Translations under genes and position numbers: made by a program
NCBI GenBank assembly: GCA_965240325.2
Contig: OZ251249.1
Span: 372,001 to 436,000, forward strand
DNA length: 64,000 bases
Origin: Rebecca billardiae RCC1528
Taxonomy: Eukaryota > Protista > Haptophyta
Direction of reading: 5' to 3'
Part shown: positions 22,647 through 32,864 of the stretch, one piece after another
Position numbering within the stretch: position 1 is the first letter of the stretch
Layout: every line of letters starts with the position of its first letter
Notes under the pieces: model-generated
What the model saw: the letters and a program-made list of their open reading frames with translations, nothing else
What the model was told of the DNA's origin: nothing
Databases searched by the model: none

Positions 22647-22814
22647 CGGACGGCTGAATCTGCTGAATAATGAATCGGCCACGACGGCTTCCGCCGATTC
22701 GGATTCACTCCGACCGCGGCGCCTACTCAGATATCGTCTACCACATCCGCGAGCGACGGCTTCATCAGGGCGGTGACAGTTGGCGTCAATCTCAGCCTGA
22801 GGTGTGTGCATCTC
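22647..22814 (+). repeat. Degenerate dispersed repeat, copy 1
   Basis: CGGACGGCTGAA...AGCGACGGCTTCAT(CA)GGGCGGTGACAGTTGGCG...AATCTC(A)GCCTG is shared with 26672-26774. Confidence 0.7.
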
Positions 22815-23385
22815 TTACTCTTAGGAGTATGAATCAGTAGTACAGGGGGGGCATAGGACATGTGTCGAGTCTAAAACGCCCGAAGCTCCGGACGCCCAAG
22901 GTGCGGCGCAGGCGGCGGCTCGGCGGGGTGCGCGCGCGTTGGCGGGCACGGCGTGGTCGGACACGGGCGCGGAGAGGGGAACGTGGAGTGCAGTTACACC
23001 CACGGGGCCGCCGGCAAGCGCGCCGGAGAGCGAGCGGGTGCACCCGCCCAAATGCCCGCCCTCCAACTGTCGCACAAAATCTCACACGCATGGCCGCTAC
23101 AGCCTTCCGCGGCCTGCACGGGCGCCGCCGTCGCCGGCTGCATTCCGCGCGCAGGTGATGAGATGACGTCGCGCCCGGACGACAGATACGCCCTCAGGGC
23201 GTGCACGACCACGCCGAGGCGCCCGGCGGCGACGACTCGGCGTCTACGGCCCTCCAGGTGCCGCACAATGCCTGGCACGGCTCAGTCGTTGACGGATGGC
23301 GGCCATGCTGATCAAGACTCAAGAGACGACGGGTGACGGGTCTCGATACTCTCCTGCGAATCCGCTGCAGATTTCTGCATGCAGC

Positions 23386-24735
23386 ATGGCGCCCCTGCTC
23401 GCTGCGCGCGCAGCCGCTGGCTGCTTGGTGTGGGCAGCGGCGCTGCTGCGCACGGCGGACACGGCGTCGCCCCCGCTCGACCATGCCACGCCCACTGCGA
23501 CGAGTGCGCAGCACATGGGAGTGCGCGCCGCGCGATGCGCCGAGCATGCCCCGATCGAGCCGCTGTTGTGCGGCGCCGTCGCCTTCCGGCACCTCCCCAA
23601 GACGGGGGGCTCGACGATGCGCAGGGGCTTCTCGGGGATGGCCGCGTGCGGGAATGCATCGTGGACCTATGTGCGCGGCATGCGGGGCGCCACCATCACG
23701 CAAACGATCTCCCGTAGCGCCGCGCCCCGGCGCAAAGCGAACAAGAGCGTCACGCGGAGCACCTGGCGGAGCATTGCGTGGCCGGTGCAGGTGAGCGCGC
23801 GCCTCAAGGAGCTGCGTCTCGATCGGATCGCGCCGTCCAACTGCACGGCGGGGGGCGGCGGCACGGGCCTGATCCCGCGCATGGTCGTCGAGAGCCACGA
23901 CGAATTCGGCGCGTGGACCACCTACCTGCGCGCGCTGCCGGCCGCGCGCGCCGCGTGGCCACGCTGCCGCTTTGTGACGGTGTCGATCGTGCGCGAGCCG
24001 CTCGCCCACGCGGTCTCGGAGTGGGCGTACTTCCAAGGCGCCCGTCGGAAATTCCCTCGCTTCGCGGACTTCCTCGCGCACATCAGCGCCGAGGGCAGGC
24101 GCAGGCGCACGCAGGCGATGTACCTCTTCCCCGAGCTGCTGGGCGGCACGCTGGGCGCGGTCCGGGCGCGGGTGGAGGCGGAGCTGTCGACCGGCACGCT
24201 GCTCCTCGGCGTCTTCGAGCAGTTCGCGCCGTCGGTGCTCGCGCTCGCGCACGAGCTCGGCGTGCCGTGGGCGTGGCCGGTGCTCGAGCGGAGCCCGGCG
24301 AACGCCGGAGCGCAGACCGCCGAGCACAAGCAGCGCGCATATGCCGAGCTCCGCGCCAACTCCACGCTCCGCGCCGCCGCTGACGCGCTGCTTGGGGTGG
24401 ACCGCTGGCTGCACACGCGCGCGCGCGCGGCCCTCGAGACGATGCTCGCGCGGCGCGTGCGCGTCGGCGTGCGTGGCGCGCGGCGCCCCGCCGCGGCGCG
24501 CTGTCAGTCCGGCTGGGCCGGCCGCACGGTGCGACAGATCGCCGCCGAGCTGAGCGGCGTGCTCGACGGTGTCAAGCGGCGGCGGCGTCTGGGGGCGGAG
24601 CTGCGGCAGAGGCATTCCGCAGTCGAGTACGTGCGCGCGCACCACGCCGACATGTGCGAGGGGCAGGATCCGCCTGCATGCGCGGCGGTCGCCCCCAACG
24701 TGGAGCAGCTTCCTTCAGGCGTGCGATGGCCTTAG
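23386..24735 (+). CDS. Secreted/Golgi sulfotransferase (Sulfotransfer_2-like)
   Basis: 5'-PAPS-binding motif AFRHLPKTGGSTMR, 3'-phosphate motif SIVREPLAHAVSEWAY, hydrophobic N-terminus. Alternative start at 23296. Intronless. Confidence 0.8.
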   Translation: MAPLLAARAAAGCLVWAAALLRTADTASPPLDHATPTATSAQHMGVRAARCAEHAPIEPLLCGAVAFRHLPKTGGSTMRRGFSGMAACGNASWTYVRGMRGATITQTISRSAAPRRKANKSVTRSTWRSIAWPVQVSARLKELRLDRIAPSNCTAGGGGTGLIPRMVVESHDEFGAWTTYLRALPAARAAWPRCRFVTVSIVREPLAHAVSEWAYFQGARRKFPRFADFLAHISAEGRRRRTQAMYLFPELLGGTLGAVRARVEAELSTGTLLLGVFEQFAPSVLALAHELGVPWAWPVLERSPANAGAQTAEHKQRAYAELRANSTLRAAADALLGVDRWLHTRARAALETMLARRVRVGVRGARRPAAARCQSGWAGRTVRQIAAELSGVLDGVKRRRRLGAELRQRHSAVEYVRAHHADMCEGQDPPACAAVAPNVEQLPSGVRWP

Positions 24736-24946
24736 CCCGCCGTGCGCCGTCTGCTGATGGCCTTAGCCCGTCTGCTCTCAATCACGCACACGCGCTCGTA
24801 CGGCGACGCCGACCGGCGAGTGCAACGCCCCCCTGTCCCGGACGTTGCACTCGCGCCTTGGACGCGATGGGACGGCCATTCACGCCCGCCATGGCTTCCC
24901 TTCCGTAGTGGGAAACTTCATCTGGCCCCCCCTGTAGTGGTTCAGC

Positions 24947-26578
24947 ATGGCGGCCCGAGCGCGTGTCGCCGCGGGCCTCATCCTGTGGCTGTCGGCGGCC
25001 GCGAGGGCGTCGGCACCCGGGCCCGACGGCCAGCCCACCGCCCCGCCCGAGTCCGAGTGCCGTGCGGCGCGCGCCGCCTTCGAGCGGCCGGCGGTGCGCG
25101 CGGACATGGACGCGCTCGTGCGCGCGGTCGAGCGCGACCAGAGCACGAAGACGTGGGACTGCGACTACGTCGTGCACAACCACACGCTGTACCGCCGCGG
25201 CTCGTGCGCGACGAGCTACGGCACGCGGTACTCCGAGATGCACCTGCACACCGCCAACCTGCTCGCCATGCTCTGGTACTCCAAGCCGGGCACGGTGCCC
25301 GACGCCATTTTCCGCGTCAAGTACAAGGCGTGCAACCCCGTCAAGGAGCGGCACAAGGACCTGAGCTGGTGCGCGGTGCCGAGCGGCGCGGCGCAGCCGA
25401 AGGCGCAGCGGCACGGCCGCGCCGTCGACCGGCTCGCGCCGCTGCCCGACGCCGTCGCCGTCCCCGCGTACCACGAGGCGCCGTGCACGCTAGACATCAA
25501 CCGGCTCTACTCGTTCACGCTGCTCTCCGCGCTGCTCAAGCCGGCGGGCGCGGCGGGGACGGCGGGCGGCCCCGCGCTGCTCACGCCGGCGGGCGCGGCA
25601 GGGACGGCGGGCGGCCCCGCGCTGCTCAAACCGGCGGGCACGGTGGGCGGCGGCGGCGGCGGCGGCGGCGGCGCGAGCGGCGGCGGCGCGCCGGGCGGGG
25701 CGCACGCCGATGGGCCGAGCGAGGAGCTTGCGCGTGTGCGCCCGCCGCCGCCCTGGTCCTCGCGCAAGGGCGCGCTCGTGTGGCGCGGCGCCTCCACCGG
25801 CCGCCGGGTCAGCTACGCGTCCGCGAGCGAGGAGTACCCCCGCATGAACGCGCGGCTGCGGATCGCGCTGCTCTCGGCGCGCCACCCGGCGGAGGTCGAC
25901 GCTGCGCTCGTGCTCACCAAGCGCAACATGCCGAGCGCAGAGGTGCGCGACGCGCTGATCGCCGCGTCCGGCGGCCGGATCGGCGTGCCGCTCGTCGATC
26001 CGAACGACAAGGCGAACAAGACCAGCGCGCACTTCCTCTCCGACCGCGGTCAGGCCGGCTTCAAGTACATCATCGACCTCGACGGCGACGGCTGCTCCGG
26101 GCGCTTCTCCAAGATGTTCACCTATGGCTCGGTGGTGCTCAAGACGTGGACCCACGGCGTGCCCTACCTCAACGACGTGCTTCAGCCGTGGGAGCACTTC
26201 GTGCCGATCAAGCAGGACCTGTCCGACCTGCTCGACGCCGTGCGCTGGCTGCAGCGGAACGACGACGCGGCGCGCGAGATCGCGCGGCGCGGCGCAGCGC
26301 TGGTGCTGCGTGAGGCGTCGCCGCGGTGCGTCGCCCAGTCCTGGCGCGAGCTCGCCGCGCAGTACGCCAGCCGCGCCACCCGGCCCGTCCGGCTGCTGCG
26401 CGGCGACAAGCGCGTGCCGACGCCGCCGCCCGGCCGCGGCACGCCCGCCGCGCCGCTGCTGTTCCGCGCCGACTTTCACGACCAGAAGCGGCGCTCGGTG
26501 CACGTCATCTGCCACGCGCCCACAGCCGCCGCGTGGGCGGAGGCGACGGGCGGTGTCCACGCCGCGATCGCTGGCTGA
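24947..26578 (+). CDS. Glycosyltransferase family 90 (CAP10/POGLUT/KDELC-like)
   Basis: Signal peptide; WSSRKGALVWRGASTG, FKYIIDLDGDGCSGRF, GSVVLK, LQPWEHFVPIKQDLSDL, AREIARRG. Contains a 45-bp (15-aa) internal tandem repeat. Confidence 0.9.
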   Translation: MAARARVAAGLILWLSAAARASAPGPDGQPTAPPESECRAARAAFERPAVRADMDALVRAVERDQSTKTWDCDYVVHNHTLYRRGSCATSYGTRYSEMHLHTANLLAMLWYSKPGTVPDAIFRVKYKACNPVKERHKDLSWCAVPSGAAQPKAQRHGRAVDRLAPLPDAVAVPAYHEAPCTLDINRLYSFTLLSALLKPAGAAGTAGGPALLTPAGAAGTAGGPALLKPAGTVGGGGGGGGGASGGGAPGGAHADGPSEELARVRPPPPWSSRKGALVWRGASTGRRVSYASASEEYPRMNARLRIALLSARHPAEVDAALVLTKRNMPSAEVRDALIAASGGRIGVPLVDPNDKANKTSAHFLSDRGQAGFKYIIDLDGDGCSGRFSKMFTYGSVVLKTWTHGVPYLNDVLQPWEHFVPIKQDLSDLLDAVRWLQRNDDAAREIARRGAALVLREASPRCVAQSWRELAAQYASRATRPVRLLRGDKRVPTPPPGRGTPAAPLLFRADFHDQKRRSVHVICHAPTAAAWAEATGGVHAAIAG

Positions 26579-26671
26579 TCGATGACGATTCCTGCCGCCG
26601 ATGAACGCCGGCGTCATCGAGCCATCCCTCTCTGACTGACGCCGATGAGAGTGACGAGGCTGAAGTGACGC

Positions 26672-26774
26672 CGGACGGCTGAACGAATCAATTCCGACGG
26701 CACTACCATCAGCGACGGCTTCATGGGCGGTGACAGTTGGCGGGCGGTAATCTCGCCTGGGCTGTGCGCGTCTC
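26672..26774 (+). repeat. Degenerate dispersed repeat, copy 2
   Basis: Direct-orientation homologue of 22647-22814. Confidence 0.7.
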
Positions 26775-26910
26775 AGATCCGTATTCTTAAATAAATACAG
26801 TTATTTATTTGTTTTAACGTGCGTAAGGCTCACGGTGGCAGGTTGCCGCGCCATCCTTCATCGCACGCAGCTAGTAGTAAATTGCGCTGGTAAATTGCGC
26901 TGTACTTTCA

Positions 26911-28231
26911 GGCCCTTTCTCTCGAACGCCAGGCAATCCTGAAACCAAAACTGAAACCAAAAAGTGGGTTTCGGCTTGTATCTCCACATGTGCCGAAACG
27001 GAGATTTTCTGCGCCGGAAAACGAAGGGAAAAACGAGCCGGGCTTGGGAGGGCTTCAGTTTTCGCTTCGTTTCCCGAATCCAAAAAATCTCCTGCCCAAG
27101 ATCGACCGTTCGACCTGCCACCTCGCCGCCCGCGGCGCCGGGGCGCTCTCGCCGTGCGCTCCGGCGGTTGTCGGGTCGGACTGCGGTGGCGGCGCGGGGC
27201 TCGAGCCGTTGCAGAGTCGCTTTGCACTCCTCTCTGTGTTGCTCGCCTTCCTCCTCCTCGCCTTCTCCGCGCCTTGACGCAGCGCGCGCGCACGCGCCGC
27301 CGTGCAGCGGTGCACGCACGGCAGCGCAAGGGATTGCGCGCCGCGCGTGGCACGCGACGGGTCCGACTCGGGGCTGGAGCCACAGCGGGGCACGCAAACG
27401 CACGCTACGTCGTCTCGAGCCTGTGGGCCTGAACACCAGCGCGCGCTATGCTGATGCACATTCCAAACTGTTCCGTGATCTGGCAGCATCACTCACCGGT
27501 GTGGCGTGCGCGAGAAGCTTGAACAACGAAACTTGAGTGCGCAGACGCGATCGATGCGGAGGCTGTCATGTTTGTGAGGGCGTCTCTAGTGGTGCCCATA
27601 AAGTAGTTGCTGGGCAGCGCCGTGTACGTGGCTGGCATCGTGTCTTGCCCACATAATCATCCCGACGCATGGCGGGGTCTGGTCAGGCCGCGCCTGCGGT
27701 GACAAAAAGACCTGTGAGCCTTTAGCGCATGGCAAGCAGACCGACACGCACGCTCGAGGCGGCGTAGCGTGCGTTTGCGATGGCTTTGCGTGCCCCCGCA
27801 GTGGCTCCAGCCCCGAGTCGGACCCGTCGCGCGCCACGCGCGCGGCGCGCAATCCCTTGCGGTGCCACGCGTGCACGGCGGCGCGTGCGCGCGCGCTGCG
27901 TCAAGGCGCGGAGAAGGCGAGGACGAGGAAGGCGCGCAACACAGAGAGGGGTGCACAGCGACTCTGCCATGCCTGGAGCCCCGCGCCGCCACCGCACTCC
28001 GACCCTCGGAGGGCACGCGCAGTTGGCGGCATTCGGCCGCACCCGTGACCCAGCACTCGGGCAGCAGTATGATGCAAGCCTGCGGAAGTTGCTGATTGGT
28101 TGCTCGGACAATCTCGGCTTTTGTGATTTCCAGCTTGCGCAGGCGTCGAGAGAAAGGCCGCAGAGTCCCCAAAACCACTTTTGGTTTCAGGTTTTGGTTT
28201 CAGGATTGCCTGGCGTTCGAGAGAAAGGGCC
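26911..28231. mobile_element. PIF/Harbinger-like non-autonomous foldback element (1321 bp)
   Basis: TIRs of ~55-60 bp starting GGCCCTTTCTCTCGAACGCCAGGCAATCCTGAAACCAAAAC. 3-bp TSD TCA at 26908-26910 and 28232-28234. A second internal inverted repeat of ~240 bp (27180-27420 / 27752-28000). Confidence 0.85.
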
Positions 28232-28297
28232 TCATTGTATTCTGGCTTTTGGGGGGAACAAAGTAGCGCTCTGGAGCAAGAGTGCCTGCTAATAACG

Positions 28298-29389
28298 ATG
28301 GCGGGTCAGCGCTCGCCGCCGCTCGCCACCGTCGTGCTGCTGGTGGCGAGCAGCAGCATCAGCTCGCTTGCCAGCTCGCAGCTGGACACGGGCGCGCTCG
28401 CGGTGGCGTGCAGTCGACTCTGGCGCCGCAAGGAGGACGAATGGGTGCAGCGCGTGCGCGCGCGCCAGGCGCTCTTCCGCAACAGCTCGCGCCGCAAGTG
28501 GGTCTTGGATCCGGAGCTCGACCCGCGTCCGAACGCGACGGTGCTCTGGGGGCTGGTGGCGGCGCGCGACCGCCCGGGCGCGCGCGCGTCCGCGCGCGCG
28601 ATGCGCAGCCTGTTCGACGCGTTCGAGCCCGACTGGGCCTGTGACAGCGAGGAGCGCGTCGGCGGGCGCGCAGCGCCGTTCAGGCGGTACGAGGCCTTCG
28701 GCGACGGGCCCAAGTTCATGTGCGGCCTGGAGGTGCTGCGCGCGGCGGAGCGGTGCCTCACGTACAGCGTCGGCTCGAAGAACCAGTACCAGTTCGAGCG
28801 CGCCGTCAAGCTGCTCACCGGCTGCGAGATCCACACCTTCGACCCGACCCTCCGCACCGGCTTTGGCGGCGGCGCGTATGCCGCCTTCCATCCTGTCGCG
28901 CTGGGCAGGCCGCAGCCGCGGGCGGCGCGGGCGTGGATGCGGTCGGCGCGCTCGCTGCCCGGGCTGATGCGCGAGCTTGGGCACGAGGGCCGGCGGCTCG
29001 ACGTGCTCAAGGTCGACTGCGAGGGCTGCGAGTACTCGGGCGTCTTCGAGGAGCTCTTCGGCGAGATGCAATCTGGCAAGCTGGACGTGGGCCAGATCTT
29101 ACTCGAGATGCACGTCAAGACGGCGGGCGACAGCTCGCCGCCCAGGCTGACGTTCGACGGGCTCGTCGGCTGGTTCGACGCGGCGGCCGCCGCGGGGTTC
29201 CGCATGTTCCACAAGGAGCGCAACGGCTGGGGCTGCTCGGGCTGGAAGTGCGTCGAGTTTGCCTTCATCAGCCGGCGCGCCGCGTGCGAGGCGTTCGTCA
29301 GCACGCACTGCCCGGACGCGGGGCTGTTGCCGGCAGCCGTCTGCGGCCCCGCCCCGAGCGACGTGCGCGGGCCGATCACGTACGCGTAG
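28298..29389 (+). CDS. Secreted methyltransferase-domain protein (Methyltransf_22 / METTL24-like)
   Basis: GDGPKFMCGL, CLTYSVGS, CEIHTFDPT, LDVLKVDCEGCEY, QILLEMH, FHKERN, CVEFAF; hydrophobic N-terminus. Confidence 0.88.
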   Translation: MAGQRSPPLATVVLLVASSSISSLASSQLDTGALAVACSRLWRRKEDEWVQRVRARQALFRNSSRRKWVLDPELDPRPNATVLWGLVAARDRPGARASARAMRSLFDAFEPDWACDSEERVGGRAAPFRRYEAFGDGPKFMCGLEVLRAAERCLTYSVGSKNQYQFERAVKLLTGCEIHTFDPTLRTGFGGGAYAAFHPVALGRPQPRAARAWMRSARSLPGLMRELGHEGRRLDVLKVDCEGCEYSGVFEELFGEMQSGKLDVGQILLEMHVKTAGDSSPPRLTFDGLVGWFDAAAAAGFRMFHKERNGWGCSGWKCVEFAFISRRAACEAFVSTHCPDAGLLPAAVCGPAPSDVRGPITYA

Positions 29390-29558
29390 CGACTGGCGCT
29401 TGGCAGTTGGCTGCCATCCCCGCGTCGAGTGCCGTCCCGGCACGACGATATATAATAACCGTGCTGACTGACGATGGTGTCCGGGTGCGGTCTGGCGGAC
29501 TCTGCCACATGGCGGAGACGGTCGGAGACCGGCATGCGCGGGCGGGCACTAGCTAGCG

Positions 29559-29583
29559 CTATATACTATATATATATATAACA

Positions 29584-29616
<33 letters not shown>
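29559..29616. repeat. Imperfect (TA)n microsatellite
   Basis: Visible TA run in an otherwise very GC-rich context. Confidence 0.9.
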
Positions 29617-29622
29617 ATCGTC

Positions 29623-30066
29623 AAGATGGGGCGGGACACGTGGCGCGCGCGCCTCAGCGCGCCCTCGCGCCCCGCCGCCGAGCGCGCGCTGCTCGGCACC
29701 ATGCGGCGCGAGCTGGGCATGCGCTGCCTGCGTGGCCAGGCCAAGATGCTCATCGCCCGCGCGCGCATGGCGCACGTGTGCCCGGGGGCACGCGCCCGCG
29801 GGGGCGCTGCATACGACGACTACTTCGAGACGACGGCTGACGACGCGTGCCCGGCGTGGCACCGCGACCACCGCGGTGGCGCGCGCGCGTCGACGCCAGA
29901 CGGTGCGTCGAGCTTCCGCTCGGCGATGGAGTGATGGGCGACTACGAGGGGGGGGGGACGACGGCGAGGAGCGCTGATCCTGGTGTTTGTCTCTGCTGCT
30001 CGATCTGCTGCTACAGCTTGCTGACTTTGACGCCTGCCCGTTGCATACCACGTCGTCGTTAATATA
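29623..30066 (+). mobile_element. Probable 5'-truncated non-LTR retrotransposon insertion with 17-bp TSD
   Basis: ATATATATATAATCGTC is duplicated at 29606-29622 and 30067-30083. The ORF fragment MRRELGMRCLRGQAKMLIAR resembles the terminal RxxLSxxxQRGNA-type helix of RLE-bearing non-LTR elements. Confidence 0.55.
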
Positions 30067-30337
30067 ATATATATATAATCGTCGTCATCTGAATCATCGT
30101 CGATCTTCTAAATACTAGTTCCGATCTATCGGCGTCGTCGGCCGGGATACGACTGGCGCGGCGGCGCGGTTCCGATTAGTCCCGTGTGTCATCACCTAGT
30201 ACAGCAATAGTGCGCTGTCATCACTCTGAATCACGCGCATCAGCGTACTACTGTCCTGGCTGATGATGCCGTGACAATGAATCAAAGTGCTGTGACTCTC
30301 GGGCGGTGCCGGCGGGGCCGCAGGGGAGCGTGCCCGG

Positions 30338-31438
30338 CTACTCGGAGACCACGAGGATCTGGCCCTCGGGGTAGGTGTGCATATCTGACGGGCGCCAGCC
30401 ACCGTGCAGCAGCAGGCGGCGCGGCTCGTCACCACGGCTGCGCAGCGGCGTGAGCGTCGCGGCCACGCGCGGCCCCGGTGCCTCGGCTGATGTCTGCACG
30501 GCCGAGTCGTCACTCAGCTCGTCCGGGCAGAGGCGCGTCCAGTGCGCCTCGCCGCCGCCGCCCAGCTTGAGCGCCCACGCCTCCGCGCGCGCAACGAGCC
30601 CCTTGCCCCCCTCGTACTCGCCGCGCATCTCCGCGCCGCCGAAGAGCACCAGTGAGCGGCCGTCGACCGCCGCCGCGCAAGCAGAGCCGAGCGCCGGGGG
30701 GCGCGCGCCGCCGGCGCGCACGTGGAGCTTGCTCCAGCGCCAGACCTTGCCGTCGCACTCGAGGGCCCACGCGTCGTTGGCGAACCCCGTCGACGTGTCC
30801 TTGTCGCCCCCGCCGTACACCACGAGCGTCGGCCCGTCGAGCACGGCGGCCGCGTGCATGCCGACGCGCTCCGGGCCAGCCCCCTCTGTGCGCTGCTTGC
30901 GCAGCTCGCCGCGCTTCGAGTCGTACACGAGGACGTGGTCGTCGCAGCGGTAGGAGTGGAGGACGGCGGTGGTCTTGTCGAGCGCGCACGTCACGTGCCG
31001 GGAGACTGGGCCGCCAGGCAGGCTGCCCACGCGCCGCCACGCCGGCTTGCCGCCGGCCACGCTGAGCGCCCACGCGTCGTCGAGAAACGTGCCGCCCGAG
31101 CCCTTGGCCCCTGGATCCCAGCCGCCGCACACGAGGAGCTCGCCACCGACGGCGACGGCGGTGGTGTACATCCGCTCGCGCGGCCGCGTGCCGTCCTCCT
31201 CCGACCCCTTGCCCTGCAGCTCCTCCCAGCCCGCGCCCTCTGTGAAACGCCAGAGGGCGTTCGTCACGGCGCGCGCCGGGTCCAGGCCGCCAAAGACGTA
31301 CACAGCGTCGCCGATGCGTGCAGCGCCGGCGCCAGAGACGGGCGGGCCTTTCGTGAGCTTCGAGGAGGGAGCGAGCCAGCGCGCGCTCGGCGGCACGAAA
31401 GCGGTGGCGCACACGACGAGCGCGGCCGGCGTCATCAC
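30338..31438 (-). CDS. Kelch-repeat beta-propeller protein, probably plastid-targeted
   Basis: Repeated GG/W blades (VYVFGG...LW, LLVCGG...DAW, LVVYGG...DAW, LVLFGG...EAW, LLLHGG). N-terminus LVVCATA-FVPPS fits a signal peptide plus Phe transit motif. Confidence 0.88.
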   Translation of the reverse strand: MMTPAALVVCATAFVPPSARWLAPSSKLTKGPPVSGAGAARIGDAVYVFGGLDPARAVTNALWRFTEGAGWEELQGKGSEEDGTRPRERMYTTAVAVGGELLVCGGWDPGAKGSGGTFLDDAWALSVAGGKPAWRRVGSLPGGPVSRHVTCALDKTTAVLHSYRCDDHVLVYDSKRGELRKQRTEGAGPERVGMHAAAVLDGPTLVVYGGGDKDTSTGFANDAWALECDGKVWRWSKLHVRAGGARPPALGSACAAAVDGRSLVLFGGAEMRGEYEGGKGLVARAEAWALKLGGGGEAHWTRLCPDELSDDSAVQTSAEAPGPRVAATLTPLRSRGDEPRRLLLHGGWRPSDMHTYPEGQILVVSE

Positions 31439-32864
31439 GGGAACGCCGGGGTTGGGACCGATGGCCGTTTGATGGCCGCGGGTGCACGGCTGGCCGCTGG
31501 ACGAGTTGAGAGTGGACGGGCGCGAAGCCGGCCTCCGGTTTTCTGATCAATTCGTGAGTGCATGACTTCACGCTGGACCGACGATTTGCTGCATTGCCGC
31601 GATTTCGTCGGGCTTGCTTCGCACGATCGTTTTCAGGCGCAGCCGTGCAGGGGAGTAGGGGACCTTTCCCGTCATTCAGACGCTGGCTGGGAGGCTCACA
31701 GCATTGTTTGGTGCCATCCTCAGGTTAGACCACCTCGCACGCATACACGCCAGCCCATGTGCGCGCAGTCAAGGTGACTTTGGAGGCGCTGAGCACCCAC
31801 CGCTGTCCTCATGACCGTCCGCATCGGCCGATGGCAACCAGCCTGTGGCAGCGCCGGCGTGCTGGCTGAGGTGCAAGCGTGCAGCGCCGGGGGGCGGCGA
31901 GGCCAGGATCGGCGCCGCCATCCCGGGTGCTCGCACGTGGGGTGCCGGCAGCGTGTTCCAGCCGAGCGCACTGCCGCTCAAAGCGGCCGCACGTGCTTGC
32001 CCTACCTACCGACTAATGCGTGCATAACCGCTACCCCTACATGATGCATGAATGTCAAACGCACTGGCGGTGTTCAATCTGCCCGCGTGCTCGGGCTGAG
32101 CGGATGCATTGCACACCAGCGCGCTCCCAGTCGATCCCCAAGATGCCCGCGGGCCACCTGCTGAATGACTCGCTCCAGACGAAGTGGGCCTTGCGCTGAC
32201 TGGCGGATTCCTAAATCCTGATGCGCATTCACTCACACAATCCAGACGGCTCGGGCGGGCGGCATCGCAGGAAGCCGGACGCAGATGCGGACCGATGCGC
32301 AAAATGCAGCACAGTCTATCTACGCTAACGCTGCCCGCATGCTGCAGCCCACGAATGCCAGTGGGACGGTGGGCTGTCAGACTCCGACCGAGGCGGCGAC
32401 GAAGGCTAGCTGCAAGCGAGCGTCGCTGAGGCGAGATGCGCCTGGCGCAGCACCTCGTGGCCGCCATTCTACAGAATCCCCGGCTCGAAATCGTCTCGCG
32501 TCGCTCTATTACAACTAAATCGTCGTCTGCTATCATTCATCAGACCTGTACTTCCTTTCGGTCACACCTGTATGATGACTGATTAGATGGCTGATTAACC
32601 ACGTGGCGCGAGCGGCAAACCACCTGGCCAATCGGAGGACGCATCGGCCTTCTTCGTAGCTATTCACTGTGATTCGGCGAACTGCCGTGATTATTAATTG
32701 AGCGCGCCTGGGCAGGCCCAGCGCATCTGTCGCTCAACCAACACCTTGCTGTTGCGCGGGTGGGCCCGCCGGATCGCTGCTCAGTCCTCCGCGTGCGTGG
32801 CACGCCGCTTGGTGCCCGTGCGCCGCGTGCCGCTACTCTGAGACCGCCCCCGCCACGGCGCGCC

